64,000 bases of DNA from Candidatus Krumholzibacteriia bacterium. GTDB lineage: Bacteria > Krumholzibacteriota > Krumholzibacteriia > Krumholzibacteriales > Krumholzibacteriaceae. The DNA lies in assembly GCA_963836185.1 (NCBI GenBank), contig CAWIIQ010000001.1, positions 544,001-608,000 on the forward strand. The letters are read 5' to 3'. The notes under the pieces are model-generated. The model ran no database searches. It had not been told where the DNA came from and saw only the letters and a list, made by a program, of their open reading frames with translations. Below, piece after piece: positions 30,834 to 42,650 of this stretch. The first letter of the stretch is position 1. Each line of letters opens with the position of its first letter. Both the position numbers and the translations under genes were made by a program.

Positions 30834-32305
30834 TCCAGTGCTTTTACGTCGATGCTCTCGACCCTGTCACCATCGTAATTGAATTTTATATAGATACAAG
30901 GAGCGAAAGCCCGTGCCTGCTCCAGTCCGCCCTCGACCTCGTATTACCTTCCAGTCCGGCTTGTAGAGTGAGACCGCGTCAGCGGCATATGGGAATGCGA
31001 GAGGCGGTTTCTCGACTGCGGCAACCGTGTAATCCGGATTCTCTTCTATGGTTGATACCAGGAAGCCGACAGATTCCCTGTACATACGGGTGAAATCGCT
31101 CCAGATCCGTTCAAGCCGGTCGACCCTGACGATGCTGCCGGCGATGAAAACGCAGATCGCCGCGATGCATATTACTTTCAGGACCTTTTTCCTCGAGTTC
31201 CACAGCAGGCCGAGGACGAGAGTGAACAGGAGTATCGGCTCCGACCGACGAGAGATAGTAGTACCGGTTCTGCGTGATAGAGACGGTCGAGAAGAACCTG
31301 TATCTGAAGGCAGAGGCGGGTACCAGGGCGGCAAGGGTCCAGAGCGCAGCCAGGGTGAACTCGCGGCGCCTGCCGGCCACGCGGCCGATGTACCATATTA
31401 ATGCGAGTACGCCGATAACGAGAAGTTCGGGGAGAAAGGGATGAGTCGGTTCCTGCAGCATCGTGCCTTCGTGATAGAAGAGGGAGAAGAACGGCCACGG
31501 CCAGAGCTGGTAGAGGAACCCGCCTGCCGTGTTGCGGAGCATATGCAGCCCCGGTTCCCAGTTGTGCTGGGTGAATCCGCCTATCACCAGTCTTCTGGTG
31601 ATCAGGTACAGCGGCGGACACTGCAGACCAGGATATCAGGGAGATCCTGATAGTGGCCGCGTTCTTCCATTCTGTCCCGGTACAGGAACCATATGACCAT
31701 CAGTATCGGCAATCCCGCGATCGCCGTCTCCTTCGCCAGAAGGGAGAGGGCGAACAGGGCGGTCGCGGAGATGACAGTGGATCGTCCGCGTTTCTTTCCT
31801 GTGATCAGTACGAGGATGGCGCCGAGCAGCAGCGCCGTTGACAGCAAGTGTCGTTCTCGCGCTTATCCAGAAGACGGCTCCCGTATGGATGCTCGAGACA
31901 GCGAACAACGCCGCTCCGGCGGCGGCCTGCCTCCAGTCACTCAGTATCCGGATAAATAGGTGAAAGACGAGCACCGAGCAGATGAAATGCAGCAGGATAT
32001 TGAAAGTATACTGAAGTCTTCAGGTTGCCGGGGGCGAGATGCTCGAAAGCGTAGAATGTGACGTTTATCAGCGGCCTGAAGAAATTGACGACGCGGTAGG
32101 TGAAGAGGTTCGACGGCGTCATGTCGTATCGCGCCCTGCTCATCCATGAGAAGTCGTCGTTGAAGAGGTAGTTGTCAGAGATGCCGTGGTATGTGACAAG
32201 GCAGAGGACGAAGAGCAGAGCGTAGACGGCCGGTGTGAGCCATGCGGGCTCGTCGGGGCCCGTTCTGACGTCATTCGAAAGGTCTATGGATATCCCGGAG
32301 CTCAT
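30830..32305 (-). CDS. GT-C/PMT-like (glycosyltransferase 39-type) membrane protein, multiply frameshifted
   Basis: Fragments DDFSW..FFRPL, H..AV.WISAR, ALLAKE, RYYY in successive frames; the repaired C-terminus would end in an ATGA overlap with the RluA gene. Confidence 0.7.
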
Positions 32306-32347
32306 GGACCACACTATAGAGCAGCGTGTCCCCGGGGCACAATCGAT

Positions 32348-32991
32348 TTACCTTGCCAGGGATTTTATCGCTCCCCAGCTTGTCTCATCCGTACCTAAGA
32401 AGGTGTCCGAATAGTTCCAGGTATTCCCCACGTCCCCCGGGAAGAAACCTGTTCCTGAGACGGTGTGGCTCAGCAGCTCGGCAACACTAGTACCCGTCAA
32501 TATCAAAATAGTATTCCTTTACCAGTCCCACGCCGTCAGAGAGCCATAATATCTGTACGGTCGCGTCAGGATCCGAAACTAGATCGATGTCGATCCTGTA
32601 ACAGGGAAATGTGCCCGCCGCTGTCGTGACCTGCTCCTGCAGCACGATCGTTGCCAGCGTCTCCTGGCCTCCGTAGTCTATAGCCTCTCCATGTCTCGCC
32701 GATGGTCATCGATGAGACAGGACAGTAATATACTCCAGCCGGCAGATATGCCCACGTTGGACCGTCATCACGGACAGCATAGATACGGTACTTTCCATCT
32801 TCCTCAAAGACAAAGTAATCACCGTCATGTTCACCGTACTCGATTATTCTGAGTATCGATCCGTCGTGTCCATCCATGGTGCTGTCAGCCGTGATCGTCC
32901 GCGTTATGTCTTGAGCCAGGACTGTAGATGGATTCACGCAGAGGAGAAGACAGGCCAGCACAACAAGAGATACGAGTGCATTCGATCTCAT
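32348..32991 (-). CDS. Small secreted protein ending in TDETSWGAIKSLAR (two apparent frameshifts)
   Basis: Signal peptide, RBS GGAGG. Reading continues in other frames as VTTAAGTFPCYRI..WLSDGVGLVKE and then GFFPGDVGNTWNY..SWGAIKSLAR-TAA. Confidence 0.65.
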
Positions 32992-33071
32992 AACAACCTC
33001 CCTGAACAGATTATCTTCTCTGTGGATTGCTGTCAGGCTACCATATTCCGGCGGGTAATCAAGCGAATAAC

Positions 33072-34398
<1,327 letters not shown>

Positions 34399-34835
34399 GT
34401 TCTTCCTGGTCCGGCGTTTTACAGATCTCTACCCGCCGGACGCGTGGAAAAGAAAGGACCGCAATAATTGCAGCAATAAAAAATAGCCCCCTCTGGGGCT
34501 CTGCGATACACGTTCCGCGAACGCATCACGAACATGCATCATCGAAGTAATGATACCGCAACGGGGCCGCAGGCGCAAGGGGAATCCGACCGGACAGTTT
34601 CTCCGTGCTGCAATCTTCAGAGGGGGATCTCAAAGCAATTCAGGCATATTTCATGCTTTGGAGATTCTTTCCAAGTTCTGCCTGGCAAAGAACTAATGGG
34701 TGTAGGTGCCAGATCTGCGGGTCTGTATCAATACAGGCGGGGTGTCCGATCCGCATTCCCGGCACCGGAAGCGCTTTTAGGGTAGAGCGCACATGTTATT
34801 TACTGGTGTCAGTGTTTTTTTCAAAGGAGAGCTTC

Positions 34836-35840
34836 ATGTTCAAGGCACTGCTTCGCTCGTTGCTCGTACTCACCCTGATCGGACTCTTCGGTGGTTGCGG
34901 CGATGACAACAATCCGACCGAGGTTGATAAGGAATTGACCGGTACATTCTCCATCAATGGAGATGCGGCCATGACTGAGAGTGTCAATGTCAACCTGGTC
35001 TTCTCTGTGAGCGGCGCCGACTCGATGCGTTTTCAAAACGAGGGTGGCGACTGGTCCGGCTGGGGATTTATTCTGTCCGGGCAGACCACCATACCGTGGA
35101 CGATTCCCTCTGGTGATGGATTGAAGACAGTCTTCGCCGAGTTCAAGACTACCAGCGGATTATCCCTCGCCCTGGACGATGAGATAGAACTCGATACAGT
35201 CCGGACCCGTATCCTGATCCTGGAAGATGACGGGACTGAGGACAGTATTCAGACGATACTGACCGACGCCGGCTACACCATTACGATGGGCGGCCTCTAT
35301 TACGACTACACAGGTACCGATTTCAGCAACTGGGACCTGGTCATCCTGCTCTACGGGTATGACTATGGCTACGACATCGAAGCTGACATACAGCAGGGCC
35401 TGAAGGACTTCGTCGTCACCGGCGGTGTGCTCCTGACGACGGAATGGTTGACTTACGAGGGTATCGGCTCTGAGGATTGGGAAACATTGATAGACATTTT
35501 GCCGCTGGCCTACAACGATGACTACTGCGACGATGGCGGAGGCGAGTGTCCTGAGACCTATACGAAGATGGTGGATCATCCGATCACCGAGGGCCTGCCC
35601 GCGACATTCCTCACTCCTGCTGACTGGACCTACAGTTTCCTGGCGGCCAACGATTCCACGCTGGCTACCGATGTCCAGGTGCTGTTCCAGGGCTCGAACA
35701 GTGGGAACGCGATGGGTATCGGCAGGCTCGGCCTGGGGTACACGATCCACTGGAGCATGGCCGGAGTCTATGACGGTACCGATATCTGGTCGACGGAGAC
35801 CGTAAGGATCCTGACCAATGTAGCTGCTTTTGCCGACTAG
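34836..35840 (+). CDS. Lipoprotein with Ig-like domain and C-terminal alpha/beta (GATase-like fold) domain
   Basis: RBS AAGGAG, lipobox FGGC, SINGDA..T.S.NV motif, DFV.TGG.LL and HPITEGL motifs. Confidence 0.7.
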   Translation: MFKALLRSLLVLTLIGLFGGCGDDNNPTEVDKELTGTFSINGDAAMTESVNVNLVFSVSGADSMRFQNEGGDWSGWGFILSGQTTIPWTIPSGDGLKTVFAEFKTTSGLSLALDDEIELDTVRTRILILEDDGTEDSIQTILTDAGYTITMGGLYYDYTGTDFSNWDLVILLYGYDYGYDIEADIQQGLKDFVVTGGVLLTTEWLTYEGIGSEDWETLIDILPLAYNDDYCDDGGGECPETYTKMVDHPITEGLPATFLTPADWTYSFLAANDSTLATDVQVLFQGSNSGNAMGIGRLGLGYTIHWSMAGVYDGTDIWSTETVRILTNVAAFAD

Positions 35841-35862
35841 ATTCGTTCAAAGAGAATATCCG

Positions 35863-35891
35863 GGGCGCTCTGTCAGACAGGGCGCCCTTTT
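35863..35891 (+). terminator. Intrinsic terminator
   Basis: GGGCGCTCTGT-CAG-ACAGGGCGCCC followed by TTTT. Confidence 0.75.
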
Positions 35892-36026
35892 AATATCCCC
35901 GGAGCACGAGTCGGCATAACCGGATCCTTCCATCGGGCAAAGCAGTTTGAATTGATTGCGCGACAGCCCGCATGATAAACTGCCGTCTGGCATGAGATAA
36001 TCGACATGGACTGGGGGTATCAGGTA

Positions 36027-37337
36027 ATGAGACGAGAAACATGCCTGCTGACCGCGGCTATTCTTCTCGCAGCGAATCTATTCGGATGCAACACGGATCC
36101 TGCCGGCGACAATCAGGCTGAGAATCAGGCTCACTATATCATCGATCTTAAAATCAATCCGCTTGATAAAACGATCGAGGTAGCGGGTACAATGCGATTG
36201 CCCCGCGAAAAAATCTCCGCCGATCAGCTTGAGTTCTATCTGCATAATCAGTTCGAGATAACATCCATGGTCTCTGACAGCCCTCTTGATTTCACAATCG
36301 ATTCTGGAGAATCCACGATTCCCTTCTTTCCCGAGGCAATGAAGATCATCATAGTGCCCGAAGGTGAAATCCGCCAGGCAGACACTGTGGAATTCAACTT
36401 CGCGTATAGTGGGAAGATTACGCGATGGCCGGGCTGGAGCGCCAATGTGATCTGGGATGAGTGGACGGAGATCGGCCTTTATTTTCCCTGGTTTCCATTC
36501 AGCTTCGAACTGGGGACCTTTACATACGACCTGAACGTGGTGTGCGACTCGAAATACGGATTGGCTTCGATCGGTGATATCCGGAAGACGGAAACCGGCT
36601 GGTCGATCTCCTGTTCCGACCCGACAAATGACATCGTAGTATGTCTCGCCACCGACTTCATGATTCACGAGAGCGAACTGGAAAAAAACTTGCTGCGCAT
36701 CTACCATTTCAGCATTCCTGACTCGACTCTTGAATTGTTATCTGCGGATATCGCCGGGATAAAGAGAGCTTACAATGAGTGGTTCGGAACGGTGGACCGG
36801 GATATCTGCGTCGTGGAATCCAAACGAATCAAAGGGGGCGGATATGGTCGTATTGGAGGGATATTCCTCGGAGGATTCGATGACAAGTCTTTTGCTCTCA
36901 ATCGTGAACGTTATAACCGCTACCTTGCTCATGAGATCGCTCACCAATGGTGGTACAAGGCCCCGGCGACAAATTGGGAGGATTGGCTGAACGAATCGTT
37001 TGCTGAATACAGCGCACTGGCTCTGATCCGTGAGATATTTGGAGTCGAGATCTTCAGCAAGCGACTCGAAAAAAAGAAAAGCGAGATTATTGACACTTCA
37101 CCCATCTGGGAATTCGACAGGAATAACGATCCCGCTGCCTTTAAAATTCTTTACAGCAAGGGGCCCTTACTGCTCTTCAAGCTCGAGGATAGAATAGGCC
37201 GCGAGGAATTCCAGCGGCTATGTTCGATGGTTTTCAGCGGAAACATCAAGATCACGTCCGATTTCCTTGACTTGCTGGAAACCAGTGAAGGTGAACAAAC
37301 CCGTATGTGGTTCGAAGAACTCTTGAAGACACTCTGA
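36027..37337 (+). CDS. M1-family (gluzincin) aminopeptidase, lipoprotein
   Basis: Lipobox LFGC; HEIAHQWW...WLNESFAEY; YSKG. Confidence 0.88.
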   Translation: MRRETCLLTAAILLAANLFGCNTDPAGDNQAENQAHYIIDLKINPLDKTIEVAGTMRLPREKISADQLEFYLHNQFEITSMVSDSPLDFTIDSGESTIPFFPEAMKIIIVPEGEIRQADTVEFNFAYSGKITRWPGWSANVIWDEWTEIGLYFPWFPFSFELGTFTYDLNVVCDSKYGLASIGDIRKTETGWSISCSDPTNDIVVCLATDFMIHESELEKNLLRIYHFSIPDSTLELLSADIAGIKRAYNEWFGTVDRDICVVESKRIKGGGYGRIGGIFLGGFDDKSFALNRERYNRYLAHEIAHQWWYKAPATNWEDWLNESFAEYSALALIREIFGVEIFSKRLEKKKSEIIDTSPIWEFDRNNDPAAFKILYSKGPLLLFKLEDRIGREEFQRLCSMVFSGNIKITSDFLDLLETSEGEQTRMWFEELLKTL

Positions 37338-37356
37338 GCTGGAACTGGATTGAATC

Positions 37357-38439
37357 TCACTGATTCAGGCGCCACAAGCCGAGGTTGTCCATCACGATCC
37401 CTGATGCCACGCTTTGAAAGTGATTTGCCTCATCCTCGGGTAATCCTGCAAGGTATGAAGAGCTCTCGACCGATTCCCTGAAAACCGAGGAATAGATCGC
37501 ACAGGCGGTCAAGTAAGAGCCGCGCAGCGAGGGGTGGTTCCAGTCTGACATGAACAGGTAGTGTTCGGGCGGCTGTTCGAGCATGATGCTGTTCCAGGCC
37601 CAGCCGACAGGTGAGATCACGATATCCACCAGATCCGGATATGTCAGCGTGTTGTCGTATACGAGCTGCTGCATATCGAAATAGTCGTCTGTTCCTCCTG
37701 CCGTCCACAACATACCATCCTCGAAAGCCCACGGCATACAGAACATGATCTCGGTTGCGCTGCAGTTATTGTGGATGGTCTGTTCCAGTGAATTCAGAGC
37801 AGAGACCAGATTGAAATGAGCGCTTTCTGGATAAGCCACGATCCTGCCCACTCCCTGAAGAATGACAAAATCCCAGTCGCGGGAATTGATCATGGAAATG
37901 GTCGTGCTGCTGGTAGTGTGATAATCGAGAAAAACACCAAGTGGTATCACAGCCTCGACTAAGACTTCCTTGTCTTCGGCTTCAGCGAGATCTTCAAACA
38001 TGCCTGGCAGATCGTTATATGCGAAGTAACTGCTCCCGAGGAACAGGACCCTGGCTGGTCCTGTTGGATCCGGAATCAGGGTGTATTGGCCGGTGAATAT
38101 GATCGTGTCGCCGTCTGCTGACAGGATCTCTGAAGGCGGATCGGGTGTGTAGTAGTCCTCGATCGTTTCCCAGCTCAGCTCGTAATCACCTGCGGGCATC
38201 TCGACCAATACAGTATCCCCCGATCCGGCAAGAGAATAATCCCCGGGGCCGGACAGATCCCATGCGAATATGGTGCTGTCAGGTGTCACATCGACGCAGA
38301 CAGTCGCCAGGGGTTCGGGTGTGGGCTCAGGTGTTGCAACCGATTCTTCTTCAGAACATGCGCCAACGGTCATCAGTAAACAGAGCGATATTGATATCAG
38401 GCTGATAATTTGAGAATGATCATATCTTTGTAGTAACAC
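37357..38439 (-). CDS. SGNH-like (DUF4886-type) lipoprotein with extra N-terminal beta domain
   Basis: Lipobox VGAC; VLFLGSSY, WDFVILQ, PVGWAW, DWNHPS..GSYL.A. Confidence 0.8.
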   Translation of the reverse strand: MLLQRYDHSQIISLISISLCLLMTVGACSEEESVATPEPTPEPLATVCVDVTPDSTIFAWDLSGPGDYSLAGSGDTVLVEMPAGDYELSWETIEDYYTPDPPSEILSADGDTIIFTGQYTLIPDPTGPARVLFLGSSYFAYNDLPGMFEDLAEAEDKEVLVEAVIPLGVFLDYHTTSSTTISMINSRDWDFVILQGVGRIVAYPESAHFNLVSALNSLEQTIHNNCSATEIMFCMPWAFEDGMLWTAGGTDDYFDMQQLVYDNTLTYPDLVDIVISPVGWAWNSIMLEQPPEHYLFMSDWNHPSLRGSYLTACAIYSSVFRESVESSSYLAGLPEDEANHFQSVASGIVMDNLGLWRLNQ

Positions 38440-38489
38440 GAACCACCCCTCCCCGGTGACTTGATAAGCGAAAATCCGAGGCCTGGATA

Positions 38490-38518
38490 AAGATAGGCAA
38501 CTGAATGGATCAGGTCAA
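38490..38518 (-). promoter_or_regulatory. Sigma70-type promoter, copy 1 of a shared motif
   Basis: TTGACC-N17-TATCTT on the minus strand. Confidence 0.55.
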
Positions 38519-38620
38519 ACCCGGTCGATATTCCGGCAGGGCACCTCGGCCCGGAGGATCAAGCGGATGCGGCCCTCAGGCCAGCCCGGCAACCTTTGGC
38601 ATATAGATGAAATACAAGAT

Positions 38621-38640
38621 TGTCTAAAAATAACTAGACA
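38621..38640. promoter_or_regulatory. Palindromic operator candidate
   Basis: TGTCTA-N8-TAGACA about 45 nt upstream of the DUF2087 gene. Confidence 0.5.
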
Positions 38641-38683
38641 TGACGTGTATTCTTTGCTATTATTCCCGAAAAGGAGAATTGCC

Positions 38684-39436
38684 ATGAGTCACAGGATCAC
38701 AGATTCCGTCACCCCGCAGCAGCTGAAAGAGGGCTACACGAGCACTACAAGTACATTCGAGTGTATCTTCTGCGACGAATCCTTCAGAAAGGGTCATATA
38801 TATCCCTTTGGAAAGGATATGGTGGATGCGGAACTCGCCATGAAAAACCACATTATCTCGGAGCACGGCTCGGCATTTCATGCCCTGCTGGCCCTGGGCA
38901 AGAAGACCACGGGGCTTTCTGATATTCAGCGCACACTGCTGAGTCATTTCTTCGATGGTGTGTCCGACAAGGAGATTCAGCCTCTGGCAGGTGGAGTCAG
39001 TCTCTCGACCATTCGCAATCACCGCTTCGTTCTCCGCGAAAAGGCTCGCCAGGCGAGAGTATTTCTGGCGCTTATGGAACTCATGGAAAGTGGGGAACAG
39101 GACCCCGGTTCCCGGTTCATCGAGATACCCGGCCGGAAGTCAGCTGATGATGAGAGGTTTGCAATCACAAGGGCCGAGTTCACCAAGATCATAAAGGCGA
39201 ACTTCCCGGATGGACCCGACGGAATGCTGGCCCGCATCCCGAAGAAGCAGAAGCACAAGGTTGCCATTCTGATCCAGATCCTGAAGCGCTTCGATGCGGC
39301 CCGCCGCTACAACCAGAGCGAGGTCAACGATATCCTTGCGACAGCATTCGATGATTACACGACGCTGTGCCGGTACATGGTAGACTATGGATTCATGGGA
39401 CGGACGCGGGACGGAGCGGAGTACTGGCTGGAGTAG
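38684..39436 (+). CDS. DUF2087 domain protein with N-terminal Zn-binding and HTH regions
   Basis: CxxC..H...H, STIRNHRF.LREK, PKKQK.K, EVN.IL...DDY.TL.RY.VDYGF..R..DG.EYW; RBS AAGGAG. Confidence 0.88.
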   Translation: MSHRITDSVTPQQLKEGYTSTTSTFECIFCDESFRKGHIYPFGKDMVDAELAMKNHIISEHGSAFHALLALGKKTTGLSDIQRTLLSHFFDGVSDKEIQPLAGGVSLSTIRNHRFVLREKARQARVFLALMELMESGEQDPGSRFIEIPGRKSADDERFAITRAEFTKIIKANFPDGPDGMLARIPKKQKHKVAILIQILKRFDAARRYNQSEVNDILATAFDDYTTLCRYMVDYGFMGRTRDGAEYWLE

Positions 39437-39478
39437 AGGCTTACGTCAGCTCGATTACAGAATTGGAGAGTACGTGAT

Positions 39479-40325
39479 ATGATCAGATCCCCAGGTAAAG
39501 AAGAGACCAGGACCTAAGCCGAGATCACAGAACATTATGAAATTGAAAAAGAACTTGCCGATAAGCTTAAAAATACAAACAAAAACGAAAAACGAACTCT
39601 TTACACCTCATTATAAGATGAACTATACAAGCGGGTCCCTAATCATGGACAACTCAGGCGAAAGGCTTCGATAGACGAACAAAAACTGGTAGTAAGTAAT
39701 CAAATGCAATTGCTCGACAGGTATCTGGATGATTAAAAGGTGTTTTTAGAAGTGGGACCCGGGGATTGTGCTTTATCTATATCACGTTGCGAAAAAGGTG
39801 AAAAAAGTATATGCCATCGACGTGAGTAACATGATAACGGAAGCTTCTAGCCTTCCGAACAATTTTTCTCTGATGATATCGAATGGATCCAGTATTCCAG
39901 CGCCGAATGGCAGCGTTGACATTGTTTATTCGAATCAATTAATGGAACATCTGCATCCGGAAGATTCGATGGAACAACTTAAAAATATATATGATTCAAT
40001 CGTTCCTGGCGGTATTTACTTGTGCATCACGCCAAATAGGATAACCGGCCCACATGATATATCTAAGTACTTCCACGAGACAGCAACCGGGTTTCACCTT
40101 AAAGAATATACAATATTCGAACTTAACAGGATGTTCAAATCTGTAGGATTTTCAAAAGTATTAACCTACAACAAAGTACTTGGCAGATACGTCAGGACAC
40201 CTACTGTACTGCCGATGTTTCTGGAAAGACTGATTTTGCAGATGCCGGCAAAACTAAGACAAAAATTGTCAAATAACAATATGGTCAAGCGCATAATTAA
40301 AATACGTATTGTCGGTGTTAAATAG
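39479..40325 (+). pseudogene. Class I SAM-dependent methyltransferase pseudogene, low GC
   Basis: In-frame TAA at 39515, 39614 and 39734, plus a frameshift near 39780. FLEVGPGDC, AIDVS, YSNQLMEHLHP, TPN..GPHD motifs remain. Confidence 0.8.
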
Positions 40326-40378
40326 TCGCAGGATTGATTGCGAACTGATTGTCGATTGATATGGAATTGGATTGAATG

Positions 40379-41209
40379 TCACTCACCGAGGCGCCACAGG
40401 TCGAGGTTGTCCATCACGATATCGGATGCTACATCCTGAAAGTGACTCGCCTCATTAGCGGGTAATCCGGCAAGGAATGAAGTACCTGCGACCGATTCCC
40501 TGAAAACCGATGAATAGATCACGCAGGCCGTCAGGTAAGAACCGCGCGGGGAAGGGTGGTTCCAGTCTGCCATGAACAGGTAGTGTTCGGGCGGCTGCTC
40601 GAGCATGATACTGTTCCATGCCCAGCCGACCGGTGAGATCACGATATCTGCCAGGTCCGGGTAGGTCAGCGTGTTGTCGTATATGAGCTGCTGCATATCG
40701 AAATAGTCGTCTGTACCTCCGACGGTCCACAGCATGCCATCCTCGAATGCCCACGGCATACAGAACATGATCTCGGTCGTGCTGGAGTTATTGTGGATGG
40801 TCTGCTCCAGTGAACTCAGAACAGAAACCAGATCAAAATTCGCGTCTTCGGGATAAGCTACGATCTTGCCCACTCCCTGAAGAATGACCAGATCCCAGTT
40901 GCGGGAATTGATCGTGGAAATGGTCGTGCTGCTGGTAGCGTGATATTCAAGATAGGTGCCAAGGGGAACCACCTGTTGGATAAAGATTTCCTTGTCTCCA
41001 GCGTCAGCTAGATTTTCAAACATGCCTGGCAGATCGTTATAAGCGAAGTAGCTGCTTCCAATGAACAGGATCTCCATCTGTCCGGATGGCGGCGGAGTCA
41101 GTTGTAGAACAGGTTCATCTTCAGAACAGGCACAAACGGTCATCAACAAAAAGAGTGATATGAATATCAGGTTGATGTGAAGGGGGAAAATATGGAGCCT
41201 GGAAAACAC
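40379..41209 (-). CDS. SGNH-like (DUF4886-type) lipoprotein, paralogue of 37357-38439
   Basis: Near-identical catalytic domain (ILFIGSSY...DWNHPSPRGSYL); lipobox VCAC. Confidence 0.82.
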   Translation of the reverse strand: MFSRLHIFPLHINLIFISLFLLMTVCACSEDEPVLQLTPPPSGQMEILFIGSSYFAYNDLPGMFENLADAGDKEIFIQQVVPLGTYLEYHATSSTTISTINSRNWDLVILQGVGKIVAYPEDANFDLVSVLSSLEQTIHNNSSTTEIMFCMPWAFEDGMLWTVGGTDDYFDMQQLIYDNTLTYPDLADIVISPVGWAWNSIMLEQPPEHYLFMADWNHPSPRGSYLTACVIYSSVFRESVAGTSFLAGLPANEASHFQDVASDIVMDNLDLWRLGE

Positions 41210-41257
41210 GAACCACCCCTCCCGATTGATTTACGATGCGGGAACCTGCGCTGATAT

Positions 41258-41286
41258 AAAATAGGCAACTGAATGGATCAGGTCAA
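41258..41286 (-). promoter_or_regulatory. Sigma70-type promoter, copy 2
   Basis: TTGACC-N17-TATTTT. Confidence 0.55.
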
Positions 41287-41337
41287 ATCCGATTGATATT
41301 CTTGTGTTGATCTATCTGACCTGGGATCGATGACCAT

Positions 41338-42552
41338 TCAGTGCTTCTCCCTGACATCCTCGTCTGATTTGTACCCGAAATCGTAGCGCACCGAGAGCTG
41401 AAGCCGACCGAAGGTGCCGTCTGTGCTGTCCTCGAGCACCCGCCGGGCATACATCACTTCGCCGCCGAAGGTGAGCTTGGGAATGGGGGAATAGAGCAGG
41501 TTGACAGAGTAGCTCTGCGCTTCATCGTTCACAGCGCCTCCGGTCACTTCGCGGTCGTTGTTGGCCGCAAACGCCGATACGTTAAGGCTTGTGCGCAGCT
41601 TGTCGTTCCACCAGTGGCGGTAGCCGATAAAACCACAAACGAGGTCGATATTGTGGAGATTGCCATTGTTGTCAAGCGCTGAGGAGTTGACGTAGTTCAG
41701 GGCTGCGTAACGGCCGAGTCCCCGTCCGGCGGTCGTCTGCAGCAGGAACTCGTCACGCTGACCGACCTTGATCTTCGTGCCCAGACTGAGCCCGTACCCC
41801 AACTCGCTGTCTTCCACGGTCTGCGTCTCATCAAGGGCGGAAGGGCCTTTGTAATGTAGTTCGCGCCCTAGAAGCGAGATGCCGAGGGTGCCCCAGTCGC
41901 CGGCGAAGTCACGGCGGACGACGAGATCAGGCAGGCGGCTCGCCTCGGTCACAACTCCGACGGGGCCGTTTTCCGTATTAACACTCACGGCCGTCTCAGG
42001 ATTCTCCAGCGAGATCTTCCAGGCACCGGCAGATAGACGTACCTGGGGCTGGCGGCAGAAGATAATTCCTTCTCCCGCACCGGAGAAATCGAGGTCCTCC
42101 GGCAGTACGATGATCATGAAGGTTGTCCACGTCTGGCCGAAGAGCCAGTTGTCGTACTCGAGGAAGATGTGCCGAAGGCGCGGATTGAAGGAGTTGCTCA
42201 CCTTCTCGTCACCCTGACTCGCCAGCAGGAAATCCATTTCCAGGAATACACGCAAGGTACGTTCACCCACCGGCGTCAGGGTCTGGAAGTGGAAGCGTGA
42301 TTCCTTGACATGAAAGTCGAGGTTGTAGTTCCCATCATTCTCACCAACAGGAATCTGGCTGGGCAGGTGGATGTCGCGCTGTGGATTGCCCAGTGGGACA
42401 TCTCCGTTACGGTAGTATGTCGACAGGACGTCGAGCTTGATGAAGCCGCCGTAGGAGAATTTGGTTTCGCCAGCCATGGCCGGTCCCGCAGTGGCCACCA
42501 ATACCAGAACGAGGAAGGTAAGGACAGTCTGCTGTATGTTTTTCGAATCCAA
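41338..42552 (-). CDS. DcaP-family outer membrane porin
   Basis: Signal peptide; GGFIKLD, SRF, E.DF, PRLRH, GQTWTTF, RQPQVR, LENPET, GLGRY motifs. Confidence 0.88.
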   Translation of the reverse strand: MDSKNIQQTVLTFLVLVLVATAGPAMAGETKFSYGGFIKLDVLSTYYRNGDVPLGNPQRDIHLPSQIPVGENDGNYNLDFHVKESRFHFQTLTPVGERTLRVFLEMDFLLASQGDEKVSNSFNPRLRHIFLEYDNWLFGQTWTTFMIIVLPEDLDFSGAGEGIIFCRQPQVRLSAGAWKISLENPETAVSVNTENGPVGVVTEASRLPDLVVRRDFAGDWGTLGISLLGRELHYKGPSALDETQTVEDSELGYGLSLGTKIKVGQRDEFLLQTTAGRGLGRYAALNYVNSSALDNNGNLHNIDLVCGFIGYRHWWNDKLRTSLNVSAFAANNDREVTGGAVNDEAQSYSVNLLYSPIPKLTFGGEVMYARRVLEDSTDGTFGRLQLSVRYDFGYKSDEDVREKH

Positions 42553-42621
42553 GATCGACTCCTGTTCTGTAACTCATTAAAGACAGCCCTCTACCATTTG
42601 AGCAGGAACTTGCATCCAAGG

Positions 42622-42650
42622 AAAATATGTAACCGACCTGGTCAGGTCAA
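42622..42650 (-). promoter_or_regulatory. Sigma70-type promoter, copy 3
   Basis: TTGACC-N17-TATTTT, sharing the flank CAATCGGAwTTGACCTGA with copy 2. Confidence 0.55.

Noticed and set aside
39515-39736. TAA readthrough or recoding in the methyltransferase
   Set aside because: It comes with a frameshift, TAA is a normal stop elsewhere in the window, and no recoding signal is visible.
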